NCBI RefSeq assembly: GCF_000372725.1
Contig: NW_005201092.1
Span: 594,564 to 658,563 of the forward strand
DNA: 64,000 nucleotides
Reading direction: 5' to 3'
DNA from: Emiliania huxleyi CCMP1516
Lineage: Eukaryota
Shown here: piece by piece, positions 37,045-48,657 of the stretch
How the letters are laid out: the number at the start of each line of letters is the position of its first letter
Numbering within the stretch: the stretch's first letter is position 1
Made by a program: the position numbers and the translations under genes
Notes under the pieces: generated by a model
What the model was told of the DNA's origin: nothing
Database searches by the model: none
What the model saw: the letters and a program-made list of their open reading frames with translations, nothing else

Positions 37045-37389
37045 TTACGGCTTGTATATTCCCTCGAGCGGAGACGAGTCTGCCGCCGGCGCACTCGGGT
37101 CGAGCGCCTGGGCGAGGGCGTTTCGCTGCTCGTCGGAGAGCGCCATGATGTCCTCATCGGAGAGCGCCCGGCCGACGGGCTCGCCGCGCAGCGTCTGCAC
37201 GCGGAGCTGCTGCAGGTAGTCTCGCCACTGCCGCTCGAACTGGAAGAGAAAGTTGGGCGTCGCATTCTGGTGCTGCCGGAACTCCTGCTTGACCATCGAG
37301 TCGCCGAGCTTGCGGTGCGCGGGCGGGAGCGCGCGGTGCGCCTTGAGGATGTCGCGGAAGAGCTTGATCGCGGTGGAGGAGTGCGGCAT
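37045..37389 (-). CDS. SDHAF3: Succinate dehydrogenase assembly factor 3 (ACN9/Sdh7), LYR family
   Basis: LFRDILKAHRALPPAHRKLGDSMVKQEFRQH...FLFQFERQWRDY. Confidence 0.85.
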   Translation of the reverse strand: MPHSSTAIKLFRDILKAHRALPPAHRKLGDSMVKQEFRQHQNATPNFLFQFERQWRDYLQQLRVQTLRGEPVGRALSDEDIMALSDEQRNALAQALDPSAPAADSSPLEGIYKP

Positions 37390-37571
37390 CCTTCGCAATA
37401 GCTTGGCGCACGCAGCTGGCGCGCGCAGCTGGCTATGAAGTCGGCGATGTGAGCCGCGCCTCACCGGTCTTCGTGCCGTGCGCGCTCGACAGGACACCTT
37501 CTCGGAACCAAAAGAAAAGTGCGAAAAAATCCGTCGGTTTCCGGTAGATTTCCAAACCCGTGTCGCGAGGC
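37390..37571. promoter_or_regulatory. Probable bidirectional promoter, SDHAF3/pyruvate kinase
   Basis: 182 bp between divergent ATGs with an A-rich core (CCAAAAGAAAAGTGCGAAAAAATCC). Confidence 0.6.
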
Positions 37572-39619
37572 ATGTTGTTCGCAAGAGCGTCGCGCTCCTT
37601 CGCGCGAGCGCTCTCGTCGACGCCGCGGCTGACCAAAATCGTCGCCACCATCGGTCCCGCCAGCGAGCAGGCCGAGCCGCTGGGCCGCTGCCTCGTGGCC
37701 GGGATCAACGTGATGCGCGTCAACTTCTCGCACGCGACGGTCGATGAGTTCCACCTCCGCCGCACCAACCTGCGAGCGGCCGCGGGCGGCGAGCTCGTGC
37801 CCATCATGCTCGACACCAAGGGGCCCGAGATCCGGATGGGCGGCCTCGCGGTCTGCAAGGAGGGCGGCCGCAAGGCCAAGATCACACTGACTGCTGGGGC
37901 AGAGGTCCTCCTCACGACCGACCCGAGGCGCCGCCCGCGTCCACCACACGAGACCCGCACCCGGCGCGCGCCCGGCCGGCTGCGTCCGGTCCCGCCCACA
38001 TCCTGGCCGCGCCGTGGACCAGGTACGACGGTGAGGGCGACGAGAAGACGATCTTCGTCGGGTACCCTCTGCTCGCGTCAAAGGTCTCGCCGGGGTTCGT
38101 GGTGCTGCTCGACGACGGGCTGGTCTCGCTGCGGGTGAAGGAGGTGCGGCCGGACGGGGGCGTCGCGTGCGAGGTGCTCAACACCTCGCCCATCGGAGAG
38201 CGGAAGGGAGTGAACCTGCCGGGCGCGACGCCGCCGTGCCGGTGCCGCAGCCTTCCGTGAGCCGGCACGGAAGCTGCCCGGAAGCTTCCGGTAGGCATCG
38301 TGACGGACCTGCCGCCGCTCTCCGACAAGGACCTGGAGGACATCCGCTTCGGCATCGAGCACGACATCGACATGGTCGCCGCCTCCTTCGTCCGCAACGC
38401 CGCCGGCGTCGACGCCATCCGAGCGCACATAGCCGACTGCCACGCAAAGCACGCGCCGGACCCGTCCGCGCCGCCGCCGCTCATCATCTCGAAGGTCGAG
38501 TCGACCGAGGCGCTCGACCGGCTGGGCGAGATCATCGAGGCCTCCGACGGGCTGATGGTTGCGCGCGGGGACCTGGTCTTGCGCCGCTCCGCCGGCGGCA
38601 CCGCACCGGAGGAGCGCGCCCTCTCTTCACACGCCTGCGGCCGTGAACAGGGCGTGGAGGTGCCGATTGCGCACGTGGCGACGTGGCAAAAGGAGATGGT
38701 CGCAAAGTGTGCGGAGGCGCGCCCGCCCCCACATCCGTTGCACTCACTGCTACCCACACTCCACATTGACCTCGCCCACACACCATCCTCCGGCAATGGC
38801 GAGAGGACGGCGCGGCGAGCAGCGTCTCTTCACGCCCGTCGCTCGTGCACACAGGCGGGCAAGCCGGTGGTGGTCGCGACTCAGATGCTCGACTCGATGC
38901 AGTCGAACCCGCGGCCGACCCGCGCCGAGGTTGCCGACGTGACCAACGCGGTCCTCGAGCAGGCCGACGCGGTGATGCTCTCCGGCGAGTCTGCAAACGG
39001 GCAGTACCCGGCCGAGGCTGTCGCGATGCAGGCCCGGACCCGCCGAGATCGAGACCCGCCGAGATCGAGACTTGTCGAGATCGAGACTTGTCGAGATCGA
39101 GTCCTGCCGAGACCTGCTGAGTTCGTTCCCCGGCCAGTGCCAGCCGTCAGTCACAAGAGTCCACTCACCGCCGCGCAGGCGGGCATCATCGAGCACACCG
39201 AGGCGTGGGCCGCGTCCCACCCGGAGCACTCGTCGGCGGGTGTCCTCGACACGCGGCGCACGGGCGGCGCGATCGTGCCGGCGGCCGCCGCCCTGCACCC
39301 CGCCTCGCTGCGCGCGGCGCACCTCGCAGCCTCGTCTGGCGCCGCCGTGATCTTGGTCGCCGAGGGCGGGAGCGGCGAGGTAGCAAAGGCGGTCGCCGCG
39401 TGCAAGACCGCCGCGCCGGTGGTCGTCTTTTGCAGCAGCCTCAAGGTGTGCCGCCAGCTCGGCATCTACCGCGCCTTGCTGCCGCTCCACACCGCCGGCG
39501 CCGCGGCGCCGCCCACCGCGGCGGAGATGGTGCGGATGGCGGGCGAGCGCGGGCTGCTGCGGGAGGGGGAGCCGTACGTCGTGCTAGACTCGGCTGGCAT
39601 GGCCGTCGCCTCGGTGTGA
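37572..39619 (+). CDS. PYK: Pyruvate kinase, probable mitochondrial presequence; exons 37572-37927, 38023-38222, 38295-38575, 38651-38716, 38855-39031, 39179-39619
   Basis: TKIVATIGPAS, MRVNFSH, IMLDTKGPEIR, RKGVNLPG, IISKVES, DGLMVARGDLGVE, GKPVVVATQMLDSM, PRPTRAEVADV, DAVMLSGESANGQYP. Confidence 0.96.
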
Positions 39620-40117
39620 CCCGCCGCGCCGCCCACCGCGGCTATCTTTTCGGGTGGTCGTCCACCCCGGCCCGCGGACCGGCGAGGCGTGGGCCTTGTC
39701 GCCCCGGGCATGGCGATTTTACAGCCCGCCCGCTTTCCCGATCCCGTTCTGCAGAGAGTCTGCGAACAACATATTACTTATTATTAGCAACCATCCAACA
39801 AATGAATAATAAAAAGAGATCATGGCAATGCGACATGGACATGTGGATGTGAGACATCTTGAGTGACGCTGACGCTCACGTACAGTTCATGGCTATGCGC
39901 ACAGCTGTAATGCGAGACGACTACCGCAGGATCTACGTCTCACGGTCTCAGCAGAGATTGTAGCACAATGCGTTCGGACGCGTCGCCTCTTCGCGGTGGT
40001 TCGAGCGAGCCGTAGAGGGAGAGGTGGGCCCGGAGTGTGCGGAGAGGGAGGGGCCGACGCGAGGGCGAGGGCGAGAGGGGAATCGGAGAGGCGCCCGCGC
40101 GGGCAGAGCGGGACGGC

Positions 40118-42830
40118 TCACGACGCCTTGCGGTCGGCGCGGCCGGTGGCGAGGATGGACCGGGAGAAGAGGCTCTGGCCCGCGGCGAAAAGTTCCTCTC
40201 CACTCTTGTACTTGTGCGGGCCCTCGGTGAAGAGGACGCGCTTCTCCTTCTTGCCGCGCAGCTCGATGTGCTTGTGCAAGGCGGGGTTGCGCGCCGTCTC
40301 CTTCGCAATGGCGACCGCGCGCCTCGCCTTCTCCTTGCCGGCGAGGAAGCAGTTGAGGTGGTCGTACTTGTCGCCGATGGCCATGTTGAAGGTACCGCCG
40401 AGCGCGTAGAGGAAGTTGTCGACCTACATGCGTGTTAGTAACGTGAGGCGGCTCGCCTAGATGGCGGGGTAACACCGGCGCACAACGCACATGGTCAGGT
40501 CCGCCGTTGGCAACGGCGATGATGTGGAAAACGTGCTGCCCCTCCTGCTTCGCGCCCGGCTGCAGCGTGATGAGGTCGAGCTCGATGAGGCGCTTTTGGA
40601 ACTCCGACTTCGACATGTAGCCCGTGATCTTGTCGAGGCCCTTCTTGACCTCCCCCTTAAGAGCGCCCTTCTTGAAGAAGACGCCCTTGCCCTTCTCGAG
40701 CTGCGCCACCCGCTGCTGCGCCTCGCGCAGCAGGCTGCCGTCTCGTGCAAGCTCGCCTCGCAGCACCTCGTTCTCTTCCCGCAGCCGCTCGTTCTCCGCC
40801 TTGGCTGCGTTCGCCTCGCGGAATTGCCTGAGCGACCATAGCAAATGCTCGCGCTGGTCGTCGCTCAGACCCGCAAACGCGTCGACGGAGCTCTGCGGCG
40901 GCGCGCTTTGATCAGGCTTCTGCTTCTTAGCCGGATGCAGCGGAGGGGGCGGCGGCTCAGCGCCCAAGCTGCTCGCGCTGCCGCCGCTCGCGCTGCGGAT
41001 TTCCGCCGCCTTGAACCAGCGCGCCGGGCCCTCGAAGGGGATGTAGACCTTGACCTGGTTGTCGAGGCTGATCTCCTTGACGGTCCCGCGCCGCTTGCTG
41101 ACGCCGTCAACGTAAACCTTGTCGAGGACGGCAAGAGTCGGCTCCGAATCGGCGGCGCCGGTGGACGAGGAGTCAGCCTCAGGCTCATCGGCATCGTCGG
41201 CACCGTCGTCGGCGGCGTCGTCGTCCACCTCGGCCGCCCACTCCTTGGCCCAGCGCTTCGACGCAGAGCTCCCGCGCCACTGAGCCAGCTTCTGCACCAT
41301 CCACTCGGCACGCGAGTTTTTGCGCAGCCCAGGGATCGCGCGGTCAGCGCACTAAGAGGTCAGAGTAATGAGCACATGAGTTCCGCTGTGTATGGGGCAA
41401 GGGGGGGGGGGGGGGGAGCTGCGCGCCAGGCGGTGCAGAACAGCCCGATCGAGCTGCAGCAACTTGGCCTGCCGGACGTTCACCAGCAGGGGATTCTTGG
41501 CGAACTCCTCGGGGATGTCCACCGCCGCCGCATCCTCGGCGTCGTCGCCGGCTGCGTCCACCGCCTCCTCCTCCTCCTCCTCCTCCTCCTCCTCCTCCTG
41601 CTCCTCCTCCTCCTGCGCCTCCTCCATCGCCACCTCCTCGTCCTCAGCAGCATCGAGCGTGCCGTCCTCGGGCGTGGGGTGCCTCTTGAAGCTCATCAGC
41701 AGGTCGAGGCACCGATTCATGCGCGCCTTCTTCTTGACCTCGATGCCGCGCTCCAGGCAGAGCTGCTTGAGGCGCGGCACGCCGAGCTTCTCGAGGCTGC
41801 GCCGTGCGTATCCGTGCAGGTTCCAAGGGATCTTGCCGTCGCCGTCGCCAGCCGCGCCACCGTCAAAGGCGCCCTCGCCCTCGAGCTTTTGCAGGATCGC
41901 CTCTGCCAGGGCAGTCTTATCCGCGCCCTGTTCGACCTCAACACCTGCCTCGCGGGCGAGCGCCTCAAACGCCGCAGCCGGCGCAGCAAGAACCTCCTCG
42001 CCAGGGCCCGCTGCTGGCTCTTGCTCCGCCGAGCCGCCGCCACTCGCCGCGCGCTTCTTGCGGAGATTGAGCGGCAGGTCCTCCTCCTCATCGGTAGAGT
42101 CTGAGGCAGCACCGGCTTCGGAGTCGGCGGCCGAGGCGCGCTGTGAGGCCTCGTATGCCTCCACCTCGGCCTGGTAGCGCGCTTTGTCCGCCTTAGCCTT
42201 GGCATCCCACGGTGCCTTAGCCTTGGCATCCATCTCCCTCCACTTGGCGCCAGCAATGCTGCCAATCTCGGTCATCTTGGCGTCTGGGTGCTCCTCCTTG
42301 ATGGCCGCGCGGTTCGCGTTCTGCCAGAGCATGAAGGACGACAAGCCGCGCTTGGGCTTGGACTTGGGCGGACCTGTGGATGAGATGGCCGCTGGGAGCG
42401 ATGGGAGGTCACCGCCGTCCGCGTCACCGCCGTCCGCGTCGCAGCTCTCGCCGCCCTCGCCCTCGCCGCCTCCACTGCCGTCGCCGCCGTCGCCGCCGTC
42501 GCCGTCAACGCTGCCGTTGGCCGCTGACGCCGCCATTACTGCACGGCGGCTTGCAGCCTGCAGTCGCCCCCGCAGCCGCTTCACCTCCTCCTTCCACTCC
42601 TTCAGCTTTGCGACCAGCGTGTCGCGCTGCGGCTGCTGCGCCATGCCATCAAACAAGGCATTGACCTTGCGCTGGAACTTGTCGTCCTCCACGCCTTGCG
42701 CCTGAGCAGACTCCTTGGCGCGCTGGTAGAGAGGCCGCAGGTCCTTCGCGTCCCAGTCCTGCCACTTCCTCTTATCGTTCAGCTCGATGAGCAATGCTTG
42801 CACCGTCTCCGGCAGCTCGCTCGATCCCAT
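40118..42830 (-). CDS. HMG-box protein with two SAP-like motifs, an SH3/Tudor-like segment, coiled coil and C-terminal HNH-like domain; exons 42830-41427, 41351-40491, 40423-40118
   Basis: KPKRGLSSFMLWQNANR...EIGSIAGAKWREM...KAPWDAKAKADKARY (HMG). Spliced HVFHIIAVANGGPDHVDNFLYALGGTFNMAIGDK resembles HxxHIIPxxxGG...N...N. Confidence 0.78.
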
Positions 42831-42871
42831 CGTTCAAAGGCGCGCAACGAAGGCACTTGCGGACGCACGAG

Positions 42872-43808
42872 CAGGGTTCGTGAGTGAATTTTCACACTTT
42901 CACTTTCACATGTGAATTCATGTGAATTTCACATGAAACGTTTCGGCCGCCCCCGTTTCACTGAAAATTTCACAAGTTCGACTACTTTCGAAGGCTCTGC
43001 GGAGCAAGCGCGGTGTAGGCGCGCCCACGCGGCGCAGCGGCTCTCCCGCGACCATAGCCCCTCCCGCAGCCGCAGCCGTAGCCGCAGCCCCAACTCTTGC
43101 TGCTCTTCTACGGTGGCAAATAATAGCCCAAGTCGAAGAGTGCGCCCCGCCCTCGGTATCTGGGCGGCAGGCGGGACTAGAGTGGCACGCTGGTGCACGA
43201 ATGGGGGCGCGAGCCGCCATCTTGGACTGTGAGGCGAGTATTTGCAACCGGGAGCTCGCCGCCGCCCCTACACCGCCGCGGCCGCCCTCCCGGTGGCAAA
43301 TAATAGCCCAAGTCGAAGAGTGCGCCCCGCCCTCGGTATCTGGGCGGCAGGCGGGACTAGAGTGGCACGCTGGTGCACGGATGGGGGCGCGAGCCGCCAT
43401 CTTGGACTGTGAGGCGAGTATTTGCAACCGGGAGCTCGCCGCCGCCCCTACGCCGCGGCCGCCCTCCCGATGCGTCGAGAGTCGACTCTCGACTGCTGAG
43501 AGAGTTCATCCCACCATCAGCACCGTATTCGCCCACAGCATGCCATGAGATTCATATAGGTCTAGTGTACACATCAGCTCAGCGAGACCAATATCTCCAG
43601 CCTCCTTCATCTTGGCTGCTGCTTGGGAGCCAACACCTGTGCAAGTGAGTGTCAGAGTGTCGGAACTCGGTGGGAGCATCCGTCATCAGTCACGTTCACA
43701 CGACTCTTCACACTCGCTCGAAAAAGTGAAATTTCGTTTCACATGAAATGTGAAGTGAAAGTGAAAGTGAAACCGATTCGCTGTTTCCATGTGAAATCAC
43801 GAACCCTG
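42872..43808. mobile_element. Non-autonomous hAT-type element, 937 bp
   Basis: Perfect 12-bp TIR CAGGGTTCGTGA...TCACGAACCCTG; 8-bp TSD CGCACGAG at 42864-42871 and 43809-43816; subterminal TTTCAC/GTGAAA arrays at both ends. Confidence 0.93.
43111..43469 (+). repeat. Two tandem 180-bp units inside the hAT element
   Basis: Units start at 43111 and 43291 and are nearly identical. Confidence 0.95.
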
Positions 43809-44078
43809 CGCACGAGGAGACTTGCGCCTTGCGCGGCCCGCCACGTGCACGCGGTGCAGAGCCGCGTGGCGGGTACCATTGGCACGTGGCATCGCGAATC
43901 CTTGATATTGGGTGATCAACCTCGGCGCTAGAGGTGCGCGCACACCCTGTGTCTCGTGCTTCGTGACACTCACATCTTGATGAGACTCGACCCTCATGGA
44001 GACAGCACGAATAGAGACCCCCCACTGGTCGCAGCCACAACTATAAGAGTCTAAGTTATAGCGTAGCCGCTTGCGCAC

Positions 44079-47000
44079 CTACCTATCCTCCTCGCGCACT
44101 AGCCTCTCCCGCAGCGCGCCCGTGCCCCGCGTCAGCCGCATCGCCAGGTTCGATCCGAGCCCCTCCACCTTGTCGAAGACGCCGTCGAGGCGGCCGTCCA
44201 CCTTGCTAAACACCTTGCCCGCCGCGTCGCGCAACTTCTCGCCGCTCGGCGCGCCGCGCGTGCCGCCAGAGCCAAGGTCGCCGCTGCCAGCCCCGTCGCG
44301 CCGCTGCGGCGCCGGCTCGGGAGACCCAAAGTCGTTGGCTGGAGTCACGTCGGCGAGCGAGCCGCCCAGCCGGCGCACCTCGCCCTCCAGCTCCGCCGCC
44401 CGGCGCTGCTCGGACCGCGCGCGCACGCGCATCGCCTGTAGCTGCTCCTTCCACATCTCCGCCTACGACGCGAGAGGAGGACTCACACACTCGATTCATT
44501 GCTACGCCGCGTCTTCCACATCTCTGCCTGCGACTCGGCCGACCGCTGCGCCTCGGCGAGCGCCTCGCCCAGCCGCTCCGCCTTGCGCTTCCACCTAGTC
44601 ATGCATCACGAGAGGCTGGCCGAGACTCCCCGAGATTGGCGATGCCCCGCCTTGGTCACCACGCACCCGTCAGCTCGCGATACTCTAGGAAGCGTCTAGG
44701 AAATGTCTAGGAAGTGCCACGCACCCGTCCGACAGCTCGCGATACTCGCCCGCCGCCGCCGCGCGCTGCTCGACGATCGACAGCTGCGCGCGCAAACTCT
44801 CAACCATGCCGCCGCCCGCACAGCTGCCCCCGTTGCCCGCTCCGCCCAGCAAGTCCCCTCCCCCAGCACCGCAGCTCACCGCACCGATTGACGGCACGTT
44901 GGGCGCGTCCATCAAATCGATGAGCCCGCCGCCGCCGCCGCTGCCGCCGGCACCGTTGACGCCGCCGCCGCCGCCGCCTCCGTCGCTGCGGCGCAGAGCG
45001 CCCTGGAGCTGCCCAATCTGCGCCGCGGCCGCCTCGCCCTGCTGCGCCTACGGAAGCAGAGACGCGGGTCGACGGAAAAAAGAAGTGTGCCGACGGCCGC
45101 CCCCGCACGGCTGGCGCCAACGCGGCTCGCAGCGCGGTGGCCTCCTGCTGCAGCTCGGAGCAGCGGCCTGCAGGAGGGGTCCGAGAAGGCTCACTCCCGG
45201 CTGGCACGAGGGGAGCCCTCCCGCTTGCAGCTCCAGTCGGGCGCCGGACCAGTGAGCCTCGCGCGCCGCCGCCTCCGCCAGCTGCTGCGAGCGCTGGCCA
45301 GACAGGGTTCGGATCTGCGCCTCCTGCCGCGAACGCGACGCCTCCGCCTCGCCCACAGCCCGCTTGGCGCGCGCCTCCGCCGCCTCGGCCCGGCGCGACG
45401 CCTCCGCCTCCCTCCTCTTCGCCGCGTCGGCCGCGGCGGCGGCCGCCGCCGCCTGCGCCTTGAGTGCAGTCGCCTCGCCCTTGGCCTCCGCGCACGCCTG
45501 CTCGCACTCGAGGGAGTGAACGACACGGCGTCGACACTCGCAGCGGGAGCCAGTGGAGGCCGCGGCGCGCCTCCCGCACGGCGGCGAGCTTCGTCTGCAG
45601 CTCGCCCGCCTCGCCCGCCCCTCCCGCCATCTCCGCCATCTGGTCGACCGCCTACTCGCAGTTTTCCGCCTCTGAGCTCACACCTTCCTCTCTGGCTGCC
45701 CGCCGACCCCGCCCGCCGGTCGGCCGCCTCCTGCCGCCCGAGCTTCTCGCGGATTAGCTCGTCGGCGAGCGAAGCCGCGCGCGCCTAATCTCGAGCAACC
45801 TCGCGAACTCCCCCGGGGGACCTCGCTAGACGCGGCGCCCAAGGCCGCACGCCTGCGCCGCCTCCGCAGCCCCCTCGGCGGCGCGCACCCGCTTGGCCGC
45901 CTCCGCCCCCGCCTCCGCAGCCGCGGCGGCGGCGGAGGTCTCCGCCTTCGCCACCGCCTCCGCCACCGCCCGGCCTCGCTCCACGTCCGCCGCTGCCGCC
46001 GCCTCGGCCAGAGCCGCCGCCGACGCCACCTCTGCCGCCGCCGCCCTCGAGGCTGCCGCGTCGAGGTCGGCTGCGGCGGCGGCGGTGGCGGCGGCGGCGG
46101 CGGCCTTGGCCTCCTCCACGGCGGCCTTCGCCTCCTCCGCGGCGGCGGCGCGCCCTTCCGAGATGCCACCGGCGTGCGCCTCTGCGGCGCGCGCAGAGGC
46201 GGCGGCGCGCGCAGCCTCGAGCTCCATGCGAGCCTAGCAGCATCTCCGGGAAAAGTCTGTGGATGGCTCCTGGAGAGGTCCGAGCCCCGAGCCGCACGCG
46301 GGCCGTCTCGGCGGCGGCCGTGGCCGCCTCCTCCTTGCCCTCCACCTCCGCCGCCTACAGACAAGCGCCGACGAGGATCACCGGCCAAGACACTTCTCCT
46401 CCTTGCCCGCGCCCGTCTCTGTCGCCCTCTCGGCCCTCATCGCCTCAATCTCGCGCCGGTGCGCCGCCGCCTCGGCGCGCGCAGACTTTGCCGCCTCCGC
46501 CTCCTCCCGCCGCAACCGCCCCTCCTCCGCCGCCGCCGCCGCCGCAGCCGCAGCCTCGGCCGCCAGCGCTTGTGCCCCCTTGACCGCCTTTGCGCCTTCC
46601 GCCGACGACGTCGCTGCGGCGTGCTGCGCCGCCTCAAGCTGCGAGGCGAGCGAAGACGCCTCTCGCACCGCCCGGCCAGTCGCCTCGCGCGCCTTATGAG
46701 TCAGTAGCCGGGATGAGCAGAGAGGAGACAAGGACTGCACACCGCCCGTCACTCGCGCGCCTCCGCCAGCCGCGACGCCGCCGCCGCCGCCGCCGCCTCC
46801 GCCGTCGCAGCCCTTGCCGCCGCCGCCTCGGCCGCCGCCTCGGCCGCTGCAACCTCCCGCAGCCGGCGTTCCTACAGGACGCGCCAAGAAAGTTCACGGA
46901 ATGTTCCACGCCCTCGGCCGCGGCATCTCCCCCGACACGGCGCTCCCTCTCGTTCGCCGCAGACGCCTCGGCCGCCTCGGCCCGCGCCGCCGCCGCCGCC

Positions 47001-48327
47001 GCCGCCGCCTCGATCCGCCTTGCATCGACGGCGGCGCTGGAGGCGTCGGCGGCGGCGAGGCCCGTGGCGGCGCGCAGAGCGCCCTGGCGGACCGCGGCGG
47101 CGACAGCGGCGGCCACCTGCCTGCTCGCTGTGTCTGGGTCTGCCGCCTGCATCCGCCCCTCTGCGAGTTCCCTGCGGAGGATGGAGAGCGCCTCCTCGAG
47201 CGCCGCCAGGTCGCCCGCCTGCGAGCGACGCCTCTCCTCACCACTACTCTTCCCCATCACCCCCCTCCTCCCCTCACCGCGGTCCCCCCGCCTGCGAGCT
47301 GAGCCTCTGCGCCGCCGCCTCTGTCCGCTCGCGCGCCTCGGCCCGCGCAGCGCTGCGCGCGGTCCGCACCGCCTCCTCGGCCGCCTCTGCTCGCGCGACG
47401 AGCGCGTCGCGCGCGTGCGCCAGCCCCTCGCCGATCGCGCTCTTCCGCGCCAGCTCAGCGGACACGTGCCTGCGGTTGAGGCTTGCCTGCGGTCACAGGG
47501 ACTGGTCCTTCCAAAAGGGCTGGTGCTCGGCTCCGACGTGCCGGTAGTTGAGCTGCAGGATGTGGTGCTGCGTCTCCAGGTCGCCTCCCTTGGTCGGGGG
47601 AGGGAGCGTCAGGTCGGACGCGCCCGTCGCCCGCGTCAGCAGCGCGCCTGCTCACAGCTGCAGGTGTGAAGAGACGCTGTTCGCAGCAGGCGCCAGGCGA
47701 TTTGAGCGTCCGCAGCGCACCAAGCCGCCGCTCCGTCTCCGCCTCCCGCGCTGCGCAGGTGGCCGCCGCCTCCTCGGCCGCACGCCGCGCCGCCTCCGCC
47801 TGCCCCACGCGCAGCTCGAGCTCCGACACCTCCGCCGCCGCGTCGCGGTGCAGCGCCTTTGCGGCCTGCAGCTGCGCGCCAGACGCCCTCGCGAGCAGCC
47901 CGGCGCTCGGGTCGTCGCTGGAGCCGGCGGCAGCGGCCACGCCCGGCGGCGGCTCGCTCGACGCCTGCCGGCTGGCCTGCGCCTCCGCCCGCGCCTCCGC
48001 CGCCCGCTTCGCCTCGCGCGCCTTCCGCAGCTCGAGCTGCGTCGCCTCGAGCTTCGCAAAGAGCTTGCGCTCCATTGGCCCGCGGGCCTTGGCCTTGGCA
48101 TCGTAGTCGGCGATCGTGGCCTTGGCTGCCGCAAGCTCCTTTGCCGACACCTCGGCCTGCTTGGCCATCTCCTCCATGTGCAGAGTCAGCACGGTCACTC
48201 GCCGATCGTGCAGATCGTACTCCTTGTCGCCGGTCACGCTCGTCCAGAGGCTGTCCAGCATGGAGGCGCCGTCGGAGGCTGAAGCAGCTGCACCAAACCA
48301 CGAGCCAGTGCTCGCGCGTCGACTCAT
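44079..48327 (-). CDS. Hypothetical Ala/Glu-rich long coiled-coil protein, multi-exon
   Basis: Successive minus-strand coiled-coil-like segments (e.g. LFAKLEATQLELRKAREAK, LQTKLAAVRE, MWKEQLQAMR) separated by intron-like DNA; no recognised domain. Confidence 0.6.
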
Positions 48328-48438
48328 GGTGAGGAGTGAAGTGCGATTTCGGGCCCAGGGTTGTACGTATGTGAAGACTGCTCTCCGGCGCCGTGCAGCG
48401 GGCGCTTGAAAAAAGAATTAGGTGCCGCGAGGAAAAAA

Positions 48439-48468
48439 CTTGGGTTGTCTGTTTTCTTTCTTTCTTTT
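48439..48468 (+). mobile_element. 30-bp extreme 3' end of the (CTTT)n-tailed family
   Basis: CTTGGGTTGTCTGTTTTCTTTCTTTCTTTT matches the other copies; no TSD seen. Confidence 0.7.
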
Positions 48469-48657
48469 AACAGAATCTTCCGTCAGCGTACGCAAAAATT
48501 AGAAGAGAATTCACACCCTCCCCGGAAACATGTAGCGAGCCGAGCTCACATCCCGCAGTGCCGGCGACAGTGGCGTCGCTCGAGTCGACGACAGCCGTGT
48601 GAGACGGAATGGCGACAGTCGCCTCATGTGCAGCGACCGGTGACGGCCGCCAGTACC

